This document shows, one piece after another, positions 26,631 through 41,107 of a stretch of DNA of 64,000 nt (its first letter is position 1; every line of letters starts with the position of its first letter). The position numbers and the translations under genes are program-made. A model generated the notes under the pieces. It ran no database searches. It was not told the origin of the DNA and worked only from the letters and a program-made list of their open reading frames with translations. Source of the stretch: Octopus sinensis (Eukaryota); contig NC_043012.1 of the NCBI RefSeq assembly GCF_006345805.1, positions 24,428,001 through 24,492,000 of the forward strand. Reading direction: 5' to 3'.

Positions 26631-28204
26631 ACAATTGTCACGCATATCATGGAGACAGCATTGCACTCCACAATCCCTATGTATGAATAGCAAATAGCTA
26701 GTCATCATAAACTGCCCTTGTGGCAAACTATGTGAAAAGCAAATGGCTAGTCATCAATGTCACTACCAAAGCTAAACCTATCGATCTCGGATTTCATAGA
26801 ATCACTCATAGATAACATTTTCATATTTGTATCCCAAAGGCGTTGTTTTTTTTTCTTCTCAAGGTCAAAGCTGTGATCACTGGGTGACCTTCTCTACAAA
26901 GATTGAGTGTGACTCACATTAGAGTGTCACTCGTGTGTGTGAGACAGCCTTGCTTCTACTGCATGCATGAATATGAAAATGATAGCCATTTGGTTGATTG
27001 GCTTTTGTTTTTGTTTTACTTTTGCAATCCGGTCAATTATATCACAGCTAACAGCAGGATCATCAGAGATATTTGAGAAATATTCTAATGGAAGTCTCAG
27101 TTGATTTTTGTTGAGATTCATCTGTGAGTTTAGTAGGTTTGTTTTAACATTGGGCTCTGCTATTTGTCACAGTCCTTTGTCGACTGTTTTGAGCGCCAGT
27201 TAAGCACCAGAGTTGGTACTTTTGACTCCAGTACTTGACTGGTACTTAAATCAACCCCAAATGGATGAAAGGCAAAGTGGACCCTGGCAGATTTGAACTC
27301 AGAACATAAACATCTGGAAGATCTATTCCAACACCCTGAGAGTTAATCACTGTCCTTTCCATAATAATGATAATGACAATAGTAATAATAAATAATGATC
27401 TCATACGTACACTTATTGACCACCAAATCTATGGGTAAGAAGTGGATAGCTAATCATCTGAATTTCCAATATATTTATAGTAGCGATTGATTCCAAAGTG
27501 TTGTCATAATAGCAAACTAATCCTCACGGGATATGAATTCACAGGGGTTGAGGTGAATAATGAGAATTTCTTTTGGAATAGGCTCCAGATTGGTATTTAA
27601 AAAAGAAGTACCAATATGTACCAGTTTGTATTTCATAAAGATAAGTTCTCGGTTCCCCGTTTTGATTACTGGTATTCTAATAGATTATTGAAGTAAAACA
27701 AATGATAAAAGTGCAAAGTCAACTCTGGCAACAACAATAATAACAATAATAATAATAATAAAAACAGGATTAATAACATATGTATAATATTAAGTAACTT
27801 AGCAGTTTGGCAAAAGAGACTGATAGAATAATTACCAGATTTAAAAATGAGTACTGGGTTTGATTTGTTTAACTAAGCCCTTCAAAGCAATGCAGTAGCA
27901 TGGCCACAATCCAATGAGTGAAAAAAGTAAAGAATTTAAAGATAGTGTGCATGTATTCTTTCATTTGTGCACAAATTACTTCTTTTTTCGAATATGTCTA
28001 GCTGTCTTGTCTGCTGAAAATAAGGTAGAACAATTGTTTTACTGACAATCACACTTAAATGAGTCAGAAACACATGTCCATAGCTGTCCTCTTATCTTCA
28101 CACAATCAAGCTGTCTTTTCTTTAATAGAATGTTAATTTCAGAAAAATTCTTGATTCTTGAGATTATTTCCCCTTCTCATTTGGAATTGGTAACAACTAC
28201 CACC

Positions 28205-28570
28205 GAGTGGTTGGTCTCTCTTCTCTGGAAGTGAACATATTTTGAGTAAATGAAGGATTTATCTTGTAGGCTTTTTAATATACCCTTATTCATCTTTGTT
28301 CTTCAAATGTGTGCCATTGACCACTCTGGGTTATTAACTCTTGGCTCATTTCTCTCTCTTTCTCTCTCACACATACATGCTCTCTCTTTCTCTCTCTTCT
28401 GAGTGGTTGGTCTCTCTTCTCTGGAAGTGAACATATTTTGAGTAAATTAAGGATTTATCTTGCAGGCTTTTTAATATACCCTTATTCATCTTTGTTCTTC
28501 AAATGTGTGCCATTGACCACTCTGGGTTATTAACTCTTGGCTCATTTCTCTCTCTTTCTCTCTCTCACAC
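28205..28570. repeat. 196-bp direct tandem duplication
   Basis: gagtggttggtctctc.. at 28205 and 28401; 2 substitutions seen; ends in CT/CA repeats. Confidence 0.9.
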
Positions 28571-28690
28571 ACACACGCTCTCTCTTTCTCTCTCTCGCTC
28601 ACACACACGCACAAGTTTTGCTTCATCTCAAAGTATGTATTGTAAAGAATATTTTTACTCACAAACAAACAAACAAACGCACACACACAA

Positions 28691-28753
<63 letters not shown>

Positions 28754-29569
28754 AACACACACACACAATGCTCTTTAAATATTTACTAAACATATATGGT
28801 TTGATGAACAATGTGTTTTTGTGTTTTTACTTTTGTTTTCTTCTCTTATTTTTTAATATTTATTTTTCCCCTCCAATTTCTATCTTTACCGCAATTATGT
28901 ATGCTTATGTGTATACATTAACACACACACACACATGCGCACACACACACATTTATGCATACACAAATATGTTTGTATTGTGTCCATCCATTCACACATA
29001 CATACCCACATATAGATGATATTTATATATATATATGTATATATATATACACACACACACACACATGTACACACACACATTTATGCATACACAAATATGT
29101 TTGTTTTTTGGCCATCCATTCACACATACCCACATATACATACACACATACAGACATATATATATATATACACATACACACACACACACATACATACACA
29201 CACACATATACAAACACATCCATCCATCTGTACATCCCTCCATGGATGTATGTGTGCATGCACACGCATACATACACACACATACATACATACATACACA
29301 CATATGTACACACTCACACACACACACACACACACATACATACACACTCACACACACACACACACATACCTACATACATACAACAAATCCTGCTGCAATA
29401 ATCTGTCATTGTTCCTCCCGATTCCCTGTTTGTCTTTCTTTCCTTTCTTCTCTTCCCTCCATCTTTGTCGTGTCTCTTATATTTTTCGCAGACAATCAGC
29501 AACATTGTTTTCTCAATAAAGCTGTGAACATTTTTTCCTTTAGTTTTTCCTTTTTTTTCCTTTTCCACT

Positions 29570-29598
29570 CCCCACCCCCACCCCCACCCCCACCCCCA
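29570..29598 (-). other. (TGGGGG)n G-quadruplex-forming motif
   Basis: Five C4-5 runs separated by a single A on the + strand. Confidence 0.6.
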
Positions 29599-30137
29599 TC
29601 TTTTAGTTTTATTTTCACTTTCATTTTCGTTTGTTTCCTTTTCCTGTTCTTGTTATCGTTGTTGTTGCTCTCCCTTGGCATTTCTCTTTAGCACACACAC
29701 ACACGTGTGTACATACGCGTACATGTACGCGCACGCACCAACGTACACATGTGCCGTGCACAAATACATTTACGTATGTACACGTTCGCCCATGCACACG
29801 TGTACATACGAACAGTCAAACATGCACTGACATATACATACATACATACATGTGCGCATTCACACAAACACAACATATACACGCACACAAAATTAGCTTT
29901 ATTATATACTATCAGGTTAAACAAGCCTGCAAAGGATGGATAGAGCGAAGGAAGAAGGAGAGAATGAAAGAATGAAGGAACGAAGGAATGAATGAAAATG
30001 GCTTGAAAGTGAAGGAATGAAAAAAAAAAATCTTTTGTTTTTATTTCTTCATTCTCAAACACCACCACCACCCCCAACCTAATAATTCACTCAAATTTTC
30101 TTATTGCTGGGTTTATAATGTTTTTCTTTTCTAAATA

Positions 30138-30169
<32 letters not shown>

Positions 30170-30549
30170 ATTTGCAGGTTTGTGACATTCCACCAGAGAT
30201 GGAGTTTCGAAGCTACAGTGTAATTGCAATTAATATGTAAATAAACTAGACTACAAGATCGTTAATGAACTGCCAAAATGCTAATCTCTCTGGAGATTAC
30301 TTTCCTCTGTGTGTGTGTGTGTGTTTGTGTTTGTGCGTGTGTGCACGCGTGTGTGTGTGTAGCTGAAGATGATCTATAAATAGACTCCAAGGAAGAAACC
30401 TTGTTGTTATTTGTTGTGGTACCTTAGTCATTCTTGTTTCAGGCATTGCCTTAGAGTCAGTCAGTCAGTCAGTCAGTCAGAATGGTAAGTAAATAAATGA
30501 GCCTGTGGCTAGTCTGCTGCAATGGGAGCCTGACCTCTATCCCTCCCTC

Positions 30550-30617
30550 TCTCTCTTTCTGTATCTGTCTCTCTCTCTATATCTCTCTATATCTCTCTCT
30601 CTCTCTCTCTCTTCCCC

Positions 30618-30659
<42 letters not shown>

Positions 30660-30661
30660 CC

Positions 30662-30698
<37 letters not shown>

Positions 30699-30810
30699 TG
30701 ACATGTATCTTCAGTTCTGTTCTGACATATCCAGACATATCACTTTATCCACAATAGAAGAATGAAATATAGGCACTGCAGCAATATCATGAGAGATAGA
30801 TAGACAGATG

Positions 30811-30857
<47 letters not shown>

Positions 30858-31290
30858 TTGGATAGATAGATAGATAGATAGATGGATAGATAGATAGATA
30901 GATAGATGGATAGATAGATAGATAGATAGATGGATAGATAGATAGTTGGATAGATAGATAGATAAATAGATGGATAGATAGATAGTTGGATAGATAGATA
31001 GATAGATAGATGGATAGATAGATAGATAGATAGATGGATAGATAGATAGATGGATAGATAGATAGATAGTTGGATAGATAGACAGATGGATGGATGGATG
31101 GATAGATAGATGGATGTAAATAGATAGATAGATAGATAGATAGCTGGATGGATAGATGGATGGATGGATACATGGTTGACCGACTGGTTGGCTGGCTAAG
31201 ATCATGATGTGATAGTGACTTGATAGATAGATGGATAGACAGCCTGGGAAAGAGAGTGAGTGAGAGAGAGAGAGAGAGAGAGAGACAGTC
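30550..31290. repeat. (CT)n followed by long (GATA/GGAT)n and (GA)n microsatellite block
   Basis: Directly visible; source of the 251-aa SIYL ORF. Confidence 0.95.
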
Positions 31291-31469
31291 GATGAATGTT
31301 TGTCTTCCATTTTGACCCAATAAAGCAAACAAGAACATTCTTTTCTGTATGAGAGAGAGAGAGAGAGAGAAGGATGAAGTGGAGAGCGGGATAGTGAGAA
31401 AAGATGATCAGGAAAGCAGAAAGAGATGCAGAAGAGAGCAGGAGTGTCGAGAGAGATTGACTTCAATAA

Positions 31470-31501
<32 letters not shown>

Positions 31502-31599
31502 ATAAAGTGGAGAGGATGAAAGTAAGAAAACAAAAGGAAGGGCATCAGAGAGGAGAGGAGACAGAGAAAGCATAAGTGAGTGAACGAGAGAGAGATGAC

Positions 31600-31634
<35 letters not shown>

Positions 31635-32188
31635 TGAGTGAAAGAGAGAGAGAGAGAGTTCTGCTGGTTAGCGTCTATAGATAGCAGGCTGTGTATTTTT
31701 ATCTGTCTCACAAGAGGCTCCATAGAACTAATGGTAAAGCATGCTGAAACTGCAGCAGCAGCAGGAGATGCGGCACTAGTTGTGAAATGCAACCAAGGTG
31801 GTTGTATGAGAGAGTGCTAGTGGTTATGGTCTCTCTGGTGTTGGGGATGTAGTCTTAGTACTACTCCTAGTAACAGCAGCAGGCTTTCACTCGACTTCAC
31901 TAGAGTATATAAACACTTTTTTCCTGGCCTTTTTCTTATACACCGACATAGAATTCTCATTAATTTTCGGTTTGATATTACATATTACAGTGACTAAGTT
32001 TTTTTTTTTTTGGAGTCTCTTACTAAAGGGCTTCTTCCCTATTTCCTTAATATTCTCTTTCCTTAATAACCTACATCTATACATTTGTGTGTTGGTTAGT
32101 TTATTTCTACTTTCACTTTCAGAATTCTTTCACTTCTCACTTTTCTATTCCTTTACATGCTTTTGCTCTTTTATTTTTCTCTTTGCTT

Positions 32189-32241
<53 letters not shown>

Positions 32242-32920
32242 TATTAATTCTTCTGTTGTTACAGTCTTTTGTCTCTAGTTTCCGAAACATTTTTGCTGTG
32301 TTTCTTTTTTAAAGTCAACCAAACAACCATCCACCCCCACCTCCCCACCTATCCACCCATTCTCTAATCATGACCCTTGATACTTCAGAAAGATTCCACT
32401 CACCCCACCGTTCTCTTCTCTTGCTGTTTTTATTATTTTATTTTTTTATTTTTTGATTGTTTCTGCACCACGCCACACCAACAACAATAACAACATCACA
32501 ATCCTCATCGCACCTTCATTCTATATTATTACTTTAGAGCTCTCCTCTATCTAAGAGATAGGAAAAATAGGTCAAAAAGTCCAGTTCTTGTCACTTTCAG
32601 TTCACCATAATGAATTCAACAGCCTCCTTGCTATTAACTGTCTGTAATGGTTGTGTAGAACATGTCACTCTCACATCCACCATCATCTTCAAGCTAGCAT
32701 CTAGCATACATTAGAATTTCTTAACAGGAGAATTTCACCCAGCCAAGCAGAAACCTTTCCACTACACTGCATGATTCAATAGTTCCAATTTTTTCCACTA
32801 CATATTTTCTCCTTTTTCCACTCTTGCATTCTTGAGACTCCCTCTCTTTCTCACTCTCTGCCAATCTATCTCTCTCCATGTCTTTTTTTTTCTTCTTCTT
32901 TTTCTCTCACATTCCAATGA

Positions 32921-32956
<36 letters not shown>

Positions 32957-33702
32957 GTTAACTGAAACAGGTTTTGAGTTTATCAGAAATTATACCTTAA
33001 CTTTGTTATGTGCCCCATTTCTACTCCAAGTTTGAGAATTTTTCTTACAAACACCATCATCACTTTCAAAAGTAGGAATAGTAGTAGTAGTAGTAGTAGT
33101 AGTAATGATGATACAATGTTTGTTTAATTTACTTTCACTTTTATTTTCTCTTCTGTTTTTGTTGTTTTGTTTTGTTTTGTTTTGCTCTGTTTTCTTTCCT
33201 TTATCTTTCAACATTCTAACAACGTGCTTTTTGACTTTTTATGTTTAATCCAATCACTTTATTTCACCAGATGTATGAAGAAGTCAAAGAAAGGGAAAGC
33301 ACACTGCATCTCTTTCATACTCACACACATCCACCCCCTTTTCATCTCCCTCTTTCCTTCTCATTTGCTCTCTCTCTCTCTAACTCTCTCTTTCTCTCTC
33401 TCCTCGTGTTTGTAACTAAAACTCAGTTGTAGCTTACATTTAAATATATGATTTCTCCCAAACCCTGCAGCAAGGTGGAATGTCTGTTGCTTCTCTCTTC
33501 ATCATCTCCCCCCCCCACATTTCCACTCCCCCACCCCCACCCATTTGCCTGCCTCCTTCCGTTTAGGATACCAGATGCCTTGATCTATTCTTTTTGCAAA
33601 GTTCTTAGTTCTCCAGTTGTGAAATAAATCTCCACTACAATAAACTCACTCTTTAAATTCCTCCAATTGCCTTTTGTTTTACATGCATACACACACGCAT
33701 GC

Positions 33703-33740
<38 letters not shown>

Positions 33741-33990
33741 CTCTTGTATGTCTAAAAACAACATCGTAAAAATACAACTGTCTTTGGGCTAATGCTTTCA
33801 GTTACTCTTGATTTATTAGTAAGAAAATTATATATATGGAGGTATATATGTGTGTGTGTGTGTGTGTATGTGTCTGTATATATGTACATATATATTTGCA
33901 TGTATCTATGTAGGTATGTATTATATACATGTGTGCATAAATGTGTGAGTGTGTGTATATGTATGTATGTATGTATATATTTATATGAGG

Positions 33991-34021
<31 letters not shown>

Positions 34022-34083
34022 CATATCATGTCATTTTGAGAAACCTCCAAAAATAGAAGCCAGTTAGTTCAAATGTATTTATA

Positions 34084-34117
<34 letters not shown>

Positions 34118-34299
34118 TTCTTTTTCTCTCTCTCTCTCTCTTCTCTCTCTCTCTTCTCTCTCTCTCTCTGCCTATAATCATAACTTTTTTTTAATACTGA
34201 GATCTAAAAGTATCTTCTTCCTGCACCTCATTGTTGTCATATTTTATTCATTACCACCACCACCACCACCACCACCTTCTTGCAATGGAGTCAGTATAG

Positions 34300-34330
<31 letters not shown>

Positions 34331-34614
34331 CATGTCCGACAACTGTCTGGTGCTTCATTGTGTTGTCAAGGTCAACATTATCGGGTTTTCCTTCTATCCA
34401 TCTAAGCTGCTGATACCAGTAATATACGTTGTGTAATTTTTTTTTTTTAACGATAATGTTTCTCATCTGAATGGCGGTGCCCCAGCATGGCCACAGCTCA
34501 TTAGCTGAAACTGGAAAAATCAAAATATCAAAAAAAAATACCAAAAACAAGCTTAACTTTGTGCTAACACGCACACACACACGCATAGACAAAAATATTT
34601 TTAATAAATAAGAT

Positions 34615-35020
34615 AGGCGCAGGAGTGGCTGTGTGGTAAGTAGCTTGCTAACCAACCACATGGTTCCGGGTTCAGTCCCACTGCGTGGCATCTTGGGCAA
34701 GTGTCTTCTGCTATAGCCCCGGGCTGACCAATGCCTTGTGAGTAGACGGAAACTCAAAGAAGCCTGTCGTATATATGTATATATATATAAGTGTGTGTGT
34801 GTATGTTTGTGTGTCTGTGTTTGTCCCCCTAGCATTGCTTGACAACCGATGCTGGTGTGTTTACGTCCCCGTCACTTAGCGGTTCGGCAAAAAAGAGACC
34901 GATAGAATAAGTACTGGGCTTACAAAAGAATAAGTCCCGGGGTCGATTTGCTCAACTAAAGGCGGTGCTCCAGCATGGCCGCAGTCAAATGACTGAAACA
35001 AGTGAAAGAGTAAAAGAGTA
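34615..35020 (+). mobile_element. Full-length young tRNA-derived SINE family 1
   Basis: aggcgcaggagtggctgtgtggtaag head, ggttcagtccc B-box-like motif, cttgggcaagtg core, AAAAGAGT tail. Confidence 0.9.
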
Positions 35021-35257
35021 AGATGCTTTAATTAAATTTTAGAGATGAAGCTTTGTCTATCAGTGTGTGCATGACTCTTCGTCTCTCCTGTCTCTCCCGA
35101 TGTTGCTGTGTATACCTCTGCTCTTCCCCAAGCTTTTGTGTATGGAGAATAACATTTCAAAATGTACATTAGGTTGTCCAGCTACTTTAATGTCATCTGT
35201 CCCACTGGAGAAAGATTAGATAGATAGATAGATAGGTAGGTAGGTAGGTAGGTAGAA

Positions 35258-35491
35258 GGCGGCGAGCTGGCAGACACGTTAGCACGCCGGGCGAAATGCG
35301 TAGCCGTATTTCGTCTGTCGTTACGTTGTGTGTTCAAATTCCGCTGAGGTCGACTTTGCCTTTCATCCTTTCGAGGGTTGATAAATTCAGTACCAGTTAC
35401 GCACTGGGGTCGATGTAATTGACTTAATACCTATGTCTGTCCTTGTTTGTCCCCTTTATGTTTAGCCCCTTGTGGGTAATAAAGAAATAGG
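35258..35491 (+). mobile_element. Full-length young tRNA-derived SINE family 2
   Basis: ggcggcgagctggcag head, gttcaaattcc B box, gcctttcatcctttcgagggttgataaa core; CpG-rich; embedded in GATA/GGTA repeats. Confidence 0.9.
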
Positions 35492-35523
35492 TTAGCAGGT
35501 AGAAAAATATATAGATAGGTAGG

Positions 35524-35582
<59 letters not shown>

Positions 35583-35595
35583 GTAGGTAGGTAGG

Positions 35596-35640
<45 letters not shown>

Positions 35641-36599
35641 TGATAGATTGATAGAAAGATAGACGGACAGATAGGTAGGTAGGTAGGTAGGTAGAGAGAT
35701 AAACCGACAGATAGATGAATAGATTGATAGATAAGGATTATAAATGATGTCTGTACACTCTGTTAGTTGTGTCAGTGGATCCAAGTCACAGCAAATAATA
35801 AAGGTTACTCTAAGTTGATAAGGGATCCTCAATGCAATCACTTGACATGCTAGAAATAGCAGCTAACTTTCTTTCAAGCCACACTCCTCATTTCAAAGTT
35901 GGACAGTGGGGCAAGACAAAATAACAACAATGGAACATTTTTTTTTTATTATGTTTACTTGGATTTCCGATCAGCTGTTTGTACCAATCCCATTACATAT
36001 TTCAAGCTGCTGTTTATTTTATTAATCTCTAGCTGTCGAACTGCTATATCATGAAATTTAAAGGTATACATAACAAACAACAACACTGTTTTTATTTTTA
36101 TTTTACACTGCAGTAAATATAACCATGGACAAACACAAGCACATACCTACCACAGGCACAGTTTCTGTTTTCTAATTTGTAGTCCCAAGGTAATGTTCAT
36201 CCCAAGGCCATAGGGGGAGAAAATACTTGCTTAAGATACTACACTATAGTATTTAACTTGGAGCTATATGATTGCAAAACAGACTTCAGGACCACATAAC
36301 CATGCTGACGTGTAAGTCTTCACTATCAAGGCCAACCTGAGGCTAAACAACAACAACAACAACAGCAACCAGAATACAAACTTTGCTATAGTCATTCTAT
36401 CCACCTGTCATTGATGCTAGCCATACATAAAGACATACAACAACCATGTCAAAGAAAGAACCTGACAGAGAAGATAAGGCATTGGACTGTTTTGTCCTGA
36501 AGCATTTAATCCAAACCTACTGTTGACAGTTTGCTGTATTTCTGAGCCGACAGAACACCATATTCTGTATTGCTTGTATCCACCTGTCTCTAGAAGAGA

Positions 36600-36960
36600 T
36601 AGCAGATCACCTGGGGGAAATATCGCTTTCTAAAGATTGATTGAACGTGTAGGAGAGATTCCAGATCAGTAAGGGGACAGGAGAATGTTGCCTGCTGTAG
36701 ATGATGCATTGTGTTGGAGAAATTCTCAATCACCTGTGGGAAATGTTGCCTGCTATAGACTGGTCTACTGTTTACAAGGGATTCTAGATCACCTGTGGGA
36801 AATGTTGCTTGCTATAGACTGATGTACAGTGTTTGAGAGATTGTAGGTCAACCGGGGGAGATGCTGCTTGTTACAGATTAGTGTACCATTTAGGATAGAT
36901 TGTAGGTCATCTGTGGAGATTGTTGCCTTCTATGAACTGGTGTATTATTTAAGAGAGATT
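36600..36960. repeat. Diverged ~60-bp minisatellite, about 6 units
   Basis: Recurrent (g/a)atcacctgtgggaaatgttgcctgctatagactg at ~60-bp spacing. Confidence 0.8.
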
Positions 36961-38020
36961 TTTATCTCTCATCTGGTTCACACCACCACAATCTCCCAGA
37001 TAGAACACCTGGCTGTTAAAAGCCATTCAGGTCTTTGGAAACATCCTTTGTATTTACATGCTGTGTCATAGACATGAATATATACACACCAACACACCAA
37101 ACATTAGCATTAAGAATAGTGATAAATTCAAAACCCTTCAACCATACCTTTTAGTGTGTGTGTCTGTGTGTGTGTGTGTGTGAAATTCATTATGGTGGCA
37201 GATGTAAGTACCATAGAATCTTGTCAAATACATTGAATTACACAGAGGACAGATGTTAAATGAAACTATCTGTGCCATTTTTCTGTATAATGATTATATA
37301 TTTGTATACATTCATAACAGGTTTGCACAACACACACGTAAATAGACCTTTATATTTTTTTACTTGTTGGATTGTGGCCATGCTGGAGCACTGCCTTCAT
37401 TGGTTTATTTAGTTAACCAGATCATATCTGGTAATTGTTTCAGTTCTGTGGGGAACGGTTTCAATCATTCTCCATTTGTTGAGCCGCTAAGTTACACAGC
37501 ATAAAGTAACACAACATACATGTAGATTGGTGTAAACATAAACGCAGGCAATGGATATCCCTCAACACACACCTGCTTATTTTGTTTTACAAATTTTGAA
37601 AGCTTAAAATTGATTTTAGTCTAAAAGCTTGCTTCCCATCCATGTGGTCATGGGTTCAGTCCCATTGCACAGCACCTTGGGTAAGTGTCTTCTATGATAG
37701 TCCTAAGTCAATCAGTGCCTTGTGAATAAATTTAAGTAAACGGAGATTGTGTGGAGGCCTGTTGTATATACACACCAGCCACACACACACAGAAGGGTGT
37801 GTGTGTGTGTATCTTTGTTCTTTCATCCAGCAGCTTGATAACCAGTGTTGGTCTGTTTGCATTGCTGAGTAGTTTGGCAAACGAGATGGGTAGGAAAGTA
37901 CCAGGTGTAAAAAATAAGTCCTAAGGTCAGTTTGTTCAGTTAAACTCTTCAAGGCGATGCCCCAGCATGGCCTCAGTCCTATGAGTGTAACAAGTAAAAG
38001 ATGTGTGTGTGTGTGTGTGA

Positions 38021-38290
38021 AGGCCCATGGCCTAGTGGTTAGAGAGCTGCACTCAAGATTACTACATCAGGGGTTCGATTCCCAGACCAGGTGGTGCATT
38101 GTACTCTCGAGCAAGACACTTCATTTCATGTTGTTCCTGTCCATTTGGCTGTAAATAGGGGTCACCCCGTGACGGAATGGCCTTCCAGTCAGGGGGGCTT
38201 TCTTGCCTAGCCAGTGGGATGGCATCATTCGAAAGCTAAAACAATGCAAGGAAGCACAATGTAACCAATGATGTATAACAGAATCCAATA
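38021..38290 (+). mobile_element. tRNA-derived SINE family 5 with intact Pol III boxes
   Basis: A box TGGCCTAGTGG 38028-38038, B box GGTTCGATTCC 38072-38082, CORE-like gagcaagacactt; no tRNA acceptor stem. Confidence 0.75.
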
Positions 38291-38307
38291 GTCCGGTTGA
38301 TACCATG

Positions 38308-38353
<46 letters not shown>

Positions 38354-40823
38354 AATAAATAGGCACATGAACGTAGGATATGAACATATGATAGTTTTCT
38401 AAAGAACAAAAAGAAATCTCCCTCACCAAAAAGAGAAGAAAAAGCCTCAGAGTGAACAGTTATAAACTTGGTCACAGTTAAAGTGATGAGATGTGATGAA
38501 GGTTGTTGGATTACCATCAGACAAGCTTTTATTTTTTGTCTTCTTTGTCCTAAATAACTTCCATTGTGCAAGGATAACTATGTCTCAATCATATATATAT
38601 ATATGTGTATGTATGTATATATATATATACTTGACAGCTAAATCTGCAATCTACAGCAACTGTTTAATGTGTCAGCTGCTTGTTAATGGATTAGTCTGTA
38701 GGATTTGTTAATGTGACCTTGTTCCCCTTCAAGCCAGCAGTTGGTTGCTTTTCACCTTTGGCCTTAGACTAATTTGTAATTCTATGGATGAAATGATGTC
38801 TGAATGTTCTAGAATTTAAAAAAAATTTTTTTATTTGTGTTTGTTTTCTTGTTTTGTGGATCTGTTGCCCAGTTTATATTTCCCTGAATTATTCGTGAGA
38901 AATAAGTTCATTTCCAGATCTGTTCCAATTGATATATACATGGGAAGATATCTTTCTGGTTTTTTTAATTATTTTATTCTGTTTTGTAATTGTAGAGGAA
39001 ATACAGGTAATAACTGTCACCTTTGAAGTCCTTTCCAAATTGGTGACATTGATGGTTAATGTTCACTTCTAACCTCTTTTTTTCTTCTTTATCTTGTTTC
39101 AATCATTGGACTGCGGACATGTTGAAGCAACGCTTGAAGGATTTTGTTGATCAAATTGACCCCAATACTTATTTGATGTTTAGTATTTATTCTGTTAGAG
39201 CTTCTGCCAAACTGCTAAGTTATGGGAACATAAACAAACCAATACTTGTTTTCGAGCAGTGAGAAGCAATCACAGCCATAACAAGTATACATGTGCACGC
39301 ATGGACACACACACACACACGACAGGTTGGTTTGAGGTTATAGTAGAAGGCTCTTACCAAAGGTGCTGAAACCACATAGATGTGACACAAACTTCTTAAA
39401 CCACACACCTGTTCCTGCACCTGATATGTCTATTGCAAGGAAAAATGCAAAAGGCATAGGAGGGGGGGTCCTTGGAAGCTTTGGGCAAATGATTTGGATG
39501 GATTGTAGTATGTGACCACCATGTAGGAGTAATGAAGAGAGAAAAGGTAAATGCATTGAAGGGTCTGCAATAAATGGCTAGCTCGTTAAAACAAAAGGTG
39601 GGAGCTGGTATAGTTGTTATAGAAGGGGCAGTGAGAAGGAATTTACGTATTTGTAGCATAAGGATGACACAAAAATTTGATATCTCTAAATATGATGTAA
39701 TTTTTTTTTGATTACCTATCCCAGCATGCTACTAGTGTTTATACAGTAAATCATCAGAGGAGAGAATGATTAATCAATTAATTAAATCAGGATTTGAACT
39801 GTTGACAAGAAAACTGTTATTGTGGCATGAGTTTGTTAATGACTGTATCTAGTGTGACTCATTTCCCTCTGAAGCACAAATTACAAGGCCAGCTCTTTTC
39901 TTGCCTTCTTGTATATTCTAAAGAAATCTGAAATAATAATAGAAGTGTCCTATCATCATCAGCAGCATCAGCAGCAGCAGCTGTCTGTTTTTTCATTCAT
40001 ATATTTTGTAATGTAAATTTGTTTAACCATTTCAATACCAACCCACCTGAGAACGTCCACTTTAATGATATTAAAAAAAAAAAATAGTGATGTTCATATT
40101 CAAATCGAAAATGTTGCTATTACATCAATGTTAACATGGAATTTCATTACAGGAACATTTGTTCTTCATTAAACCATGTTCCAAAATCTCATCTTTCTTC
40201 TTCTTGTTTATTTCTGTTATGTGCTTTGCTGCACATGGTTCTGTCCTTTGAGGGTTCCAGCATCATATCAGATTTTCTGTGAGATGACGTTGCTAAGCCC
40301 TACACTCAAACCCTTTGCCATTTCTGGAGAATAGGGGAGAGAGAGAGAGAGAGAGAGAGAGAAAATTGTGTGTATTCTCACACCATTCCACTCTTCTCAT
40401 AGTACAATTTACTAATTCTGAGACAGAGAGAAAGAAAGACACTGAGTAATCAATGCCAGCACTTGCTTGGTTCTTTATTGACCCTGAAAAGATAAAAGGC
40501 AACGTTGACTTTAACAGGATATGAACTCAGAGCGCAGAGAGCCAGAACTGATGATGTCACAAGACTTTTCTGTCCAACAGCCTAATAACTCTGTCATCTC
40601 ACTATCTTCTATTTCAAATACCATTCCATTAACAGAGACATTCATCTCAGTAAACCTATACATTCTTGATTATTCTCAGAGATTAATTGAAATATACAAA
40701 GTAAATATATTCTAGTATAAAGGATAGATTATATGCTATGAATATAGGAATATGTATTCTTCTTAGAATTACGATTTCAGGGGTAATAGATTCACATAAT
40801 CTGTAGAGAATTAGAAGTGTGTA

Positions 40824-40859
<36 letters not shown>

Positions 40860-40895
40860 CACACCAACTTTCTCACCTATATATATATATACTTG

Positions 40896-40938
<43 letters not shown>

Positions 40939-41107
40939 TGGTAAACAGAGTTAGCAGTTATAATAACCAACTAAGGGATAAGATATCCGTATATACTATC
41001 GGTATCCATTACTTGTATTATCACCGGGTATAGGTGTGCAGGCACACTAAGCATGTAGAGTGCAGGTAACAACAGAATAAACAAGAGTTTATCAGGAACC
41101 AATGCAA

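Noticed and set aside
30362-30405. CUGAAGA..UCUA/UAGA..GAAAC hammerhead-like string
   Set aside because: 7-nt insertion before GAAA and no stem I pairing; at best a very old relic.
30711-31466. 251-aa ORF, longest in the window
   Set aside because: (TATC)n/(CT)n translation.
36600-36960. CRISPR array
   Set aside because: Units are homologous throughout, with no unique spacers or cas genes, in a eukaryotic context.
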